IMG/VR virus record: IMGVR_UViG_3300048599_000906
Coordinates: 1 to 38,081 of that record
Length of the DNA stretch: 38,081 bases
Direction: 5' to 3' (one strand)
Origin: a virus
Lineage: Duplodnaviria; Caudoviricetes
Both the position numbers and the translations under genes were made by a program. Below are positions 15,105 through 22,537 of the stretch, one piece after another. The notes under the pieces were generated by a model. The model was not told the DNA's origin and searched no databases. It was given only the letters and a program-made list of their open reading frames with translations. How positions within the stretch are numbered: the first letter of the stretch is position 1; each line of letters begins with the position of its first letter.

Positions 15105-17215
15105 TGGCATATTATAATAATACGTTTCCTGTGATTTTTAACGGTCCCGCCCCGCAGGGGAATCCCCGGCCTTTTTACAGCATGCGCAACATGGCCATGC
15201 CGGGCGAGGCGGAGATATTGATTTACGAGGAGATCGGCCGCGACTTTTGGGACGAAGGCATAGGTGCCAAACAGTTTGTTGAGGACCTGAAGGCCCTGGG
15301 CGATCTCAATAAAATCACGCTGCGCATTAATTCGCCGGGCGGCAGTGTGTTTGAGGGCAACGCAATATATAACGCGCTGGTAATGCACAAGGCGACTATT
15401 GAGGTTTACATTGACGGTCTGGCTGCATCCATTGCGAGCGTTATAGCCATGGCAGGCGTGAAGAGCGACACCAAGCCCAACAACAAAATCATCATGCCGG
15501 CTAACTCTATGCTTATGATCCACGATCCGTGGATGATGGCCCAGGGCAGCGCGGAGGACATGCGCAAGGCGGCTGAGGCCCTGGACAAAATTAAATTGTC
15601 GATCATCGCCTCATACCGAGCGAAAACCGGTTTGTCCGACGAGGAAATTGCAGACATTATGTCGGCCGAGACCTGGTTGACGGCATACGAGGCGCTGGAG
15701 AAGGGTTTTTGCGACGAGGTGACCGAAGCGGCGGAGATGGCAGCCTGCAGTAAATTCAACCTTTCCGGTTTTAAGAATGTTCCGGCTCCCCTGAGGGCGG
15801 CCGGGACTGTTGACACAATACAAATCGCCGTGGGCGATAACGCCGCCGGCAACAAACCCAAGGAGGGTAACAGCATGAACAAATGCAAACATTGCGGCGC
15901 TGTGCTGGACGAAGCCGGCGCGTGCCCCGTATGCGCAGCAAAAGCAGCGGCAGAGGCGCAGGCGAAAGTGCTTGCGCAGGCCAACCAGGAGCGCATTGAG
16001 GAGATAAAAGGCCTCGCGAAAAAATACAACTGCGAGGACAGCGCGCTTGACGCCATCAGCAGCGGCATGAGCGTGTCAGATTTCAAGGGGCAGATCCTTG
16101 AGAAAAAGATGGGCGCGGCCGCGGCGCAGCCGATAGACGTGTTTATGTCGCAGCGCGAACAGTCGCAGTATTCTGTAGCGCGCGCGATTGTAAACTCCGT
16201 GGACAAAATCCGCTCGGGGTTTGAAATGGAGGTTTCGGACGAGATAGGCAGGCAGCTGAAGAGGACCACAAACGGCGTATTCATCCCGCTGCGCCTGGGC
16301 GGCCCGAGGAACGTGCTGTCTACAGCCTCGTCTGAGGGCGGCGCGACCGTGGCCACCGAGCTGCAGGAGCTGATAGACGTGCTCCGCAACCGCATGCTCG
16401 TCCGCCAGATGGGCGCGCAGGTGCTCTCGGGCCTGAGCGGCAATGTGGCGTTTCCGCGCAAGACCGGCACAGGCACACTCTACTGGGTAGGCGAGAATCC
16501 GGAAAGCGGTGTAACAGCAGGCGACGCGACGTTTGATCAGCTGATCATCTCCCCCAAAACCGCGCAGGCCACTACTTCGTTCAGCCGGCAGCTGCTCACT
16601 CAGTCGTCGCTGGACGTGGAGGCGATGGTGCGTCAGGACCTCATGGACACCGCGGCTATCGGCATCGACAATGCCGCCATCAACGGCACCGGGCAGAATA
16701 ACCAGCCGACCGGCATCCTCAACACGAGCAATATCGGGGCAGTTGTGGGCGGGACAGACGGCGCGCTGCCGACCTGGGCGCATATGGTCGCGCTGGAATC
16801 AAAAATCGCAGCCGGCAACGCCGATTTCGGCTCTCTCGGATACCTCACTAACCCGAAGGTGCGCGGCATACTCAAAACCACCGCGAAATTCACAAACACC
16901 GGGTTGGAGATCTGGCAGAAGGGCCAGGCCACGGACGGCTTCGGCGAGGTAAACGGTTACCGCGCAGGCGCAACCATGCAGGTGCCGTCGACGCTCACGA
17001 AGGGGAGCTCAACGAGCATATGCTCCGCGATCATCTTCGGCAACTGGGCAGATCTCATCATCGGCGAGTTCGGCGTAATCGAGGTAACGGTCGACCCGTA
17101 CACCCTGGCAGACAAGGGACAGATCAAGGTCACTATACACGTCATGGTTGATCTGGGCGTCAGGCACGCGGCGTCTTTCGCGGCCATGAAGGACGCGCTC
17201 ACAACAGGACAGTAA
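15104..17215 (+). CDS. ClpP-type prohead protease fused to HK97-fold major capsid protein
   Basis: RINSPGGSVFEG, GLAASIAS, MIHDPW, ETWLTA; capsid motifs WVGE, GTG.NNQPTGILN, IIFGNW.DL, DPYT, VRHAASF; internal RBS and ATG at 15875. Confidence 0.93.
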   Translation: MAYYNNTFPVIFNGPAPQGNPRPFYSMRNMAMPGEAEILIYEEIGRDFWDEGIGAKQFVEDLKALGDLNKITLRINSPGGSVFEGNAIYNALVMHKATIEVYIDGLAASIASVIAMAGVKSDTKPNNKIIMPANSMLMIHDPWMMAQGSAEDMRKAAEALDKIKLSIIASYRAKTGLSDEEIADIMSAETWLTAYEALEKGFCDEVTEAAEMAACSKFNLSGFKNVPAPLRAAGTVDTIQIAVGDNAAGNKPKEGNSMNKCKHCGAVLDEAGACPVCAAKAAAEAQAKVLAQANQERIEEIKGLAKKYNCEDSALDAISSGMSVSDFKGQILEKKMGAAAAQPIDVFMSQREQSQYSVARAIVNSVDKIRSGFEMEVSDEIGRQLKRTTNGVFIPLRLGGPRNVLSTASSEGGATVATELQELIDVLRNRMLVRQMGAQVLSGLSGNVAFPRKTGTGTLYWVGENPESGVTAGDATFDQLIISPKTAQATTSFSRQLLTQSSLDVEAMVRQDLMDTAAIGIDNAAINGTGQNNQPTGILNTSNIGAVVGGTDGALPTWAHMVALESKIAAGNADFGSLGYLTNPKVRGILKTTAKFTNTGLEIWQKGQATDGFGEVNGYRAGATMQVPSTLTKGSSTSICSAIIFGNWADLIIGEFGVIEVTVDPYTLADKGQIKVTIHVMVDLGVRHAASFAAMKDALTTGQ

Positions 17216-17269
17216 CAACATTTCGGGCAAATGGGGCGGGGAAACCCGCCCCATGACTGAGAGGACAAC

Positions 17270-17467
17270 ATGAAGATAAAAATGACAGCAGACATTTTCG
17301 GGCCGGGCGGGCGGCTGCTGGAGCACGGCAAAACATATGACGACCTGCCAGACCCGGACGCTCAGCGGATTATCCGCGCCGGGAATGCAGTAGAGGCAAA
17401 GAGCAGGTCCGGCAGAGATGGCGGGAGACAGGGCAGCCTGATCAACCCCACAGAGCCTGACGAATAA
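17270..17467 (+). CDS. Small head-associated protein (possibly gpFI-like)
   Basis: 65 aa after the capsid gene; G..Y.DLPD.DA..II.AG.A pattern; GAGGA RBS. Confidence 0.55.
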   Translation: MKIKMTADIFGPGGRLLEHGKTYDDLPDPDAQRIIRAGNAVEAKSRSGRDGGRQGSLINPTEPDE

Positions 17468-17496
17468 GGAATAAAGAATTAACCAGGAGGGACTAC

Positions 17497-18342
17497 ATGC
17501 TTGACATACACGGTCTGACGCAGAAAAGCAGTCTCATCGCCGCGGATGTGAGATCCGCCTCATACAAAGGGCCTGACGTGGGCGTACAGGACATGATCGG
17601 CCGCGCAACATGCATTTTGAGCGCGGAGGCCCAGGGCAGTGGCATAAGCAATACGATTAAACTGCAGAGTTCCCCGGCGGTCGAGATGGGTTATGGTCAG
17701 TTCGTTGTGGGGACAAACGACATACCCCTGCGCACCGGCGCAACGGACAACGTGAAGCTGGCCGCGGCATTTACCCAGGACGGCGGCAGGCAGGTAAAAA
17801 CCGTGACCCTTATGCTGAAACGCAAGGGCACAATTGCGAGCGGCAAAAAAATATTTATCACCCTTGAGGCTGACAGTTCAGGGGCTCCGAGCGGGACCGC
17901 CCTGGGCACATCGGCCAGCGTTGACCCGGCGGCAATCGGCGCGTCTTCATATGAGCCGGTGACGTTTACCTTCGCCGAGCCGGTCGACCTGACCGACGAC
18001 GCTAAATATCACATCGTGTTGCAGGGCGATTATGACGCATCAGGAGACAATCAGATCTTATGGCGCGCTGCGACTGTCAGCTCGGGCGGCAACTCAGCGA
18101 CATACGACTCTGCCTGGTCGGCAACCGCGACGCTGGACCTCGAAGCGTATGTAATGCAGTTTAATTTCAGCGACCTCTCGGGCGCGGCGTTTACGGCCGT
18201 GGGCAACGCGGCCTCTTTCCAGACCATTCCCGTCAAAATCGACGGCGCAGGGCCTTATATACGCGCTGTATCGACAGTCGCAGGCGGCAGCAGCACAGGG
18301 GCCGCGGCCTGCTGCATCGTGGGCAGGCTGCAGGTGGCGTAA
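17497..18342 (+). CDS. Capsid decoration/cement-like protein with an inserted beta-sandwich domain
   Basis: KLQSS....FSDLSGAAF...YIRAV framework interrupted by about 160 aa (AAAFT...LEADSSGAPSGTALG...VTFTF.PV.L...YHIVL). Confidence 0.55.
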   Translation: MLDIHGLTQKSSLIAADVRSASYKGPDVGVQDMIGRATCILSAEAQGSGISNTIKLQSSPAVEMGYGQFVVGTNDIPLRTGATDNVKLAAAFTQDGGRQVKTVTLMLKRKGTIASGKKIFITLEADSSGAPSGTALGTSASVDPAAIGASSYEPVTFTFAEPVDLTDDAKYHIVLQGDYDASGDNQILWRAATVSSGGNSATYDSAWSATATLDLEAYVMQFNFSDLSGAAFTAVGNAASFQTIPVKIDGAGPYIRAVSTVAGGSSTGAAACCIVGRLQVA

Positions 18343-18641
18343 TGAAAGAGGACCTTCCAGTTTTTTGCCGCGACTTCGGCGTGACGGCCACGTTCTCCAC
18401 CCTGGGGGGCGTGGCCTCTACCGCTACCGTTACGGGCATTTTCGACAACGCCTACGCGGTGGCAACGGTAGAGGACGGGCTTGAGGTTGAGAGCCGCCAC
18501 CCTGCCCTTACCTGCCCGGTGGCAGATGTGGCCGGAGTAGTCCAGGGCGATAGCCTGAGCATCGCAGGGACCACCTACAGCGTGGTGGATCCCATGCCGG
18601 ACGGGACCGGGATGGTGACGCTGTTGTTGTCTACAGACTAA
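18342..18641 (+). CDS. Head-tail joining / head closure protein (gpFII-like)
   Basis: DFGVTAT...GIFD...P.LTC...V.QGD.L.I.GTTY.V....PDGTGM..L.L. Confidence 0.8.
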   Translation: MKEDLPVFCRDFGVTATFSTLGGVASTATVTGIFDNAYAVATVEDGLEVESRHPALTCPVADVAGVVQGDSLSIAGTTYSVVDPMPDGTGMVTLLLSTD

Positions 18642-18653
18642 GGGGAGGTATCG

Positions 18654-18875
18654 ATGGACGGCATCGTAACGACTATTATCACTGTGTTTATCAGTTCGGG
18701 CGTGACGTTTCTGTCGGTCAAGATTTTTACAAAGCTGACCTCTCGCAATTGCGTTGACTGCGAGGCTGTGAATACTCTGAGAGCCGCCGTTGCCGTCCTT
18801 ATAGAGTACAACGAAACCGTGCCCCAGGGGCAAAAGGCCAAAATATTAACGCAACTGGTGGGAGGTAAGAAATAA
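18654..18875 (+). CDS. Small membrane protein in the lysis module (holin/antiholin candidate)
   Basis: N-terminal TM segment; directly upstream of the endolysin candidate. Confidence 0.5.
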   Translation: MDGIVTTIITVFISSGVTFLSVKIFTKLTSRNCVDCEAVNTLRAAVAVLIEYNETVPQGQKAKILTQLVGGKK

Positions 18876-19327
18876 TGATTATCGCCGAGCTGAAGCGGCT
18901 GACCTCGGGAGACACCGGCACTTTCGGTGTGCTGTCGGTGGACGGCAAATCGTGGATCACCGGCGAGCTGCCGTGGCGGAACAACGCAAAGGGCAAGAGC
19001 TGCGTACCCGAGGGCGAGTACCGGGTATGGTGGGGACGGTCTCCCAAGCACGGCATGTGCTATCACGTGCTGGACGTGCCCGGCCGGCAGCTCATACAGA
19101 TCCACAGCGGCAACTACTGCGGAGACAAAGAGCGCGGCTGGAAGAGCGATGTGGAGGGCTGCATACTGCTCGGCAAGGATGTTGTGGACCTCGAACAGCG
19201 CATGGTTACGAGCAGCCGCATGGCGATGCGGGAATTTCACGCGCACATGAAGGAGCGGGGGTTTACGCTGCGTATTATCAACCAGGGGGTTGATTTTGGA
19301 AAGGAGGGGAAGAGTGACAATCAATAA
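18875..19327 (+). CDS. DUF5675-family protein, probable endolysin
   Basis: GTFGVL...ELPWRNN...SCVPEGEY...VPGR..IQIHSGN...EGCILLG. Confidence 0.85.
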   Translation: MIIAELKRLTSGDTGTFGVLSVDGKSWITGELPWRNNAKGKSCVPEGEYRVWWGRSPKHGMCYHVLDVPGRQLIQIHSGNYCGDKERGWKSDVEGCILLGKDVVDLEQRMVTSSRMAMREFHAHMKERGFTLRIINQGVDFGKEGKSDNQ

Positions 19328-19475
19328 AGACAATCTCACGACTGCGATCAGCGCGGTCGTGGCGGCGTGTGTGGCCGTAGTAGGCGTCTTCGATATCCAG
19401 GTATCGACTGAAGCGACATCGGTTATATCCGCTGTTTTAATAGCCGCATTCGGTTATTTCACAAACAAAACGTAA
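19314..19475 (+). CDS. Two-TM holin-like protein
   Basis: AAGGAGG RBS and GTG start; two hydrophobic helices. Confidence 0.6.
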   Translation: MTINKDNLTTAISAVVAACVAVVGVFDIQVSTEATSVISAVLIAAFGYFTNKT

Positions 19476-19499
19476 CGCAAATTACTGTAAGGAGGTTAC

Positions 19500-19886
19500 A
19501 TGGAAAAGAGATTGCTATTGCTGGTTGTAGCTTTAGCCTGTCTGTCTGTCACCGCGCTCGGTTGCGCGTCGGCCGGGAAAAACATGGTTACGGCCTATCA
19601 GGTGTCGGGCACAACTATTGAGGCGGCCCACCAGGCCGTGGCCTCGGCCTGCGCGGCCGGGACCATCACCGCAGAAAACTGCGCAAAATTCGGCGTCGAG
19701 TACAACAAGGTCAGAGCCGGGTATATCGCTGTAGGATCCGCGCTTGAGGTATACATCAACGCCGAAGACGCGGCCGCGAAAAAGACCAGCCTGGCCGCGT
19801 ATGAGGAGGCTATTGCGAGCCTCTCTACGCTTACGGCCGACCTGCTGAAATTCGTGGCGGCCCTCGGGGTGGAGGTGAAGGCATGA
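19500..19886 (+). CDS. Helical lipoprotein (spanin-like candidate)
   Basis: Signal peptide ending ALGC; in the lysis module. Confidence 0.6.
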   Translation: MEKRLLLLVVALACLSVTALGCASAGKNMVTAYQVSGTTIEAAHQAVASACAAGTITAENCAKFGVEYNKVRAGYIAVGSALEVYINAEDAAAKKTSLAAYEEAIASLSTLTADLLKFVAALGVEVKA

Positions 19887-20065
19887 CACTTGCAACCATA
19901 GCGTCCCTTATCGCGCTCATCGAGCCGCTCACAAAAGCGGTGGCCCAGCTCTATACGGGTATAACCGAAATAGTCGAAAAGTCGAAGGATCTGTCGGCAG
20001 ACGACAAGGCCGCGCTGCTTACGGCCGTTGAAGCGGCCAAGGCCAAGGTCACAGAGTGGAAATAA
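19883..20065 (+). CDS. Small amphipathic helical protein coupled to the lipoprotein gene
   Basis: ATGA overlap; GGAGGTG RBS; 60 aa. Confidence 0.6.
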   Translation: MTLATIASLIALIEPLTKAVAQLYTGITEIVEKSKDLSADDKAALLTAVEAAKAKVTEWK

Positions 20066-20117
20066 GCTAACCCTGCGGGGCCGCCCTGCGGCGGCCCTGC
20101 TTAAAATGAGGGAACAA

Positions 20118-20564
20118 ATGTCGATAAGAGACACAATAGTGGATTTGGTAAAAGCCCGGCTGCAAGGCATAACGACGGCGGCCGGATACGGCAGCAATCT
20201 GGGCGAGCATGTGGAAGTATGGAAAACAACGAAGTGGCCGCACGGCACGGCCCTGGGCGTGAACATAATGGACGTGTCATGCGTTCCCACCGAGGGCGAG
20301 CAGCGCGTGATCGGGCAGTTCAACTGGGCTCTGAACATGGAAATACATATCGTCGCGGCGGAGGGAGAAATCCCTGCAGACAACGCGAGGATTTACATAC
20401 AGGATATTTTGCAGGCTATAGGCACGGACCCCAAATGGAGCAACAACGCAGACCGCACCGGGCAGCCGGCCGACACGATGAATGCTATGTTTGAAGGGCG
20501 CATTATCGCGGGCGTGGTAATGAATTTTACTATTTACTACCGCACACCAAAGTGGCGGCAATAA
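20118..20564 (+). CDS. Tail terminator / completion protein (gpU-like position)
   Basis: SIRDTI...RLQGIT.AAGY...DIL.AIG.D..W...FTIYYRT; upstream of the tail tube gene. Confidence 0.7.
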   Translation: MSIRDTIVDLVKARLQGITTAAGYGSNLGEHVEVWKTTKWPHGTALGVNIMDVSCVPTEGEQRVIGQFNWALNMEIHIVAAEGEIPADNARIYIQDILQAIGTDPKWSNNADRTGQPADTMNAMFEGRIIAGVVMNFTIYYRTPKWRQ

Positions 20565-20617
20565 CAACAGGACTGCATAGCGCGGACCTGAGTGAGCAAT
20601 AAACAGGAGGATAAATT

Positions 20618-21805
20618 ATGTCGCAGGCCATGGGCAGTAACGCATACATAGCAATGCAGCAAAATGCAACGGGGCTGAGGTTCCCGACTGCTCCGACCGC
20701 CTTTCGCCGCATCGGCCTGAGGGGCGGAGAGTCGCTGAAGGGTGAGAGAGGCACAAACCAGAGCGGCCTGCTGGGCCTGGGCGTGAACCCCCGCAAGCCC
20801 ACCAGAGGCGCCTCAAAGGCAGGCGGCACGATCCCGCAGCCGCTGGGCTGGCAGAGCGGGCCTCTCCTGGCAGGCTGCATGGGCGATGTAACCACCAGCT
20901 CACTCGGCTCGGGGTATTATCAGCACTTAATGAAGCTGAAGGCCTCCCTGCCGACGTACACAATGGAAAAGGGATTTCCCGACATAAACGCATATTTCAC
21001 CTTTTTAGGTTGCATGTTCGGGGGGTTTTCCCTGAAGGCGAAGGACGAGGGCGAGCAGGACGTTGATTTTGACGTTACCGGCCTCGCCCAGGTGGCGACG
21101 CTGAATTATAAATCACAGACAGGCACGTTCACCGCCGGGCTTGTGGTAACCGGCGGCACGTCGGGCGCAAAGGGCCGGGTTGTTTACGACTACGACGGCG
21201 GCACGGTCGGCATATTGCTGCTCACAGACATAAGCGGAGCTTTTCAGGACGCGGAGGCCATTACAGACACCTCCACCGGCGCGGCCGCAGTGGATGGGAC
21301 GCTGAACAGCAAACCTATTGACGCATCCCTGACCGATCCGGGGCATGACAGTTTTGACGGTTTTTCTATCGCAAGCATCCAGGAAGGCGGCAGCGATATC
21401 GCAATAGTAACCGATGCGAGTTTTTCCATGAAGCGCACTCTTACAGCGCGGCAGGTACTGGGCGGCAAGGGCATCGCGCGCAATGTCTCTCCGGGCAGCG
21501 CGGTGATTGAGGGCACGATAAACGTGCTCTTTGAAACCATGGATCTTTTCATGAAGGCCCTGAAGTTCCAAGAAAGCTCTTTCAGCCTCACCTACCAGAA
21601 CGGCACCGGCGTGGGCACTGCAGGAAACGAGTCGCTGAATTTCCTTATGCAGGAAATAGTATTTGACGAGTCTACGCCGGTTATCGAGAGCGACGAGGGC
21701 ATTATTTACGAGGGGCCGTTCAAGGGCTACTATGCCGACGGCGCTGCCGGCAGCGCGCTGCAGATAACCCTTAAATGTACTGACGCGACTGTACTGACCA
21801 GCTAA
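20618..21805 (+). CDS. Major tail tube protein with an internal inserted domain
   Basis: SQAMGS..., LPTYTMEKGFPDI..YF.F.GC, IEGTINVLFE, TPVIES..GI. Confidence 0.8.
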   Translation: MSQAMGSNAYIAMQQNATGLRFPTAPTAFRRIGLRGGESLKGERGTNQSGLLGLGVNPRKPTRGASKAGGTIPQPLGWQSGPLLAGCMGDVTTSSLGSGYYQHLMKLKASLPTYTMEKGFPDINAYFTFLGCMFGGFSLKAKDEGEQDVDFDVTGLAQVATLNYKSQTGTFTAGLVVTGGTSGAKGRVVYDYDGGTVGILLLTDISGAFQDAEAITDTSTGAAAVDGTLNSKPIDASLTDPGHDSFDGFSIASIQEGGSDIAIVTDASFSMKRTLTARQVLGGKGIARNVSPGSAVIEGTINVLFETMDLFMKALKFQESSFSLTYQNGTGVGTAGNESLNFLMQEIVFDESTPVIESDEGIIYEGPFKGYYADGAAGSALQITLKCTDATVLTS

Positions 21806-21854
21806 CACGGGCCGGGAGGGCGGGGCGCCCTGCCCTCCCGCTATAAAGGGGTTT

Positions 21855-22259
21855 ATGGACACTCAATACACATACATTATAGGCGGCAAAAAATACACAC
21901 AGGCCCCGCTCGTGCTCGGGCAGTGGGCTCTGATGCAGGCGTTGCTTATGACTCTGCGCATGCCGGCGACGTTTGATCTGCCGGGCATTATCGCCGCATT
22001 CGGCGGCGATATACACAACGCGATGGCAATCGCATTGGTGCCCGAGGGCGGGGCCGTGGAGCATAAGGCGGATCCGGCCGCACTGGAGGCCCTGGCGAAA
22101 ACGCTGCAGTGGACGGCCGACGTCGAGACAACGCAAAAGGTGGTGACGGATTTTTTCGCCTGCAACCCGACGCATTCTTTGTTAGAAAAAATGACGGAAA
22201 TGCTCGGGCGGGTGACAGCGCTGATCGGACAGGCAAGGGAAGCGCAGGGGACAATATAG
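21855..22259 (+). CDS. Tail assembly chaperone (gpG-like)
   Basis: Between tail tube and tape measure; slippery heptamer T TTT TTC at 22151-22157. Confidence 0.75.
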   Translation: MDTQYTYIIGGKKYTQAPLVLGQWALMQALLMTLRMPATFDLPGIIAAFGGDIHNAMAIALVPEGGAVEHKADPAALEALAKTLQWTADVETTQKVVTDFFACNPTHSLLEKMTEMLGRVTALIGQAREAQGTI

Positions 22260-22537
22260 AGGAGCTGGTCGCTCTGCTGGCCCAGGGCGACATTACGAAG
22301 CGGCGGCAGATACTCTGGGGCGCGACGATCAGGCAGGCAATGCAGTATGCCCGCATATTGCGCAGGGAGATAACGGCGCGGGAATCTATAATAGCCCTGC
22401 GCATGGCAATATGCGGTATGAGCGAAAGCGAAAAGAAGGAAGCTCAGGCCGCAACTGTAAAGAGCACGTTAGCGAAGGCAAAAAAGATAAAAGCGCGGCT
22501 GGCGGCCCGCAGAAAGGCTGAAGAGGCGGAGAGCTAA
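22151..22537 (+). CDS. -1 frameshift extension of the tail chaperone (gpT-like)
   Basis: The -1 frame is open from 22109 to 22537 and ends immediately before the tape measure ATG. Confidence 0.65.
   Translation, partial: FFRLQPDAFFVRKNDGNARAGDSADRTGKGSAGDNIEELVALLAQGDITKRRQILWGATIRQAMQYARILRREITARESIIALRMAICGMSESEKKEAQAATVKSTLAKAKKIKARLAARRKAEEAES

Noticed and set aside
14612-16783. Long antisense ORFs over the portal and capsid genes (and similar ones across the window)
   Set aside because: Antisense shadows of well-supported GC-rich genes, with no recognisable motifs
17231-17254. GC hairpins after capsid (17231), tail tube (about 21814) and at about 12968 and 20078 as terminators
   Set aside because: They lack U-tracts; more likely mRNA-stabilising or pause hairpins, so not called
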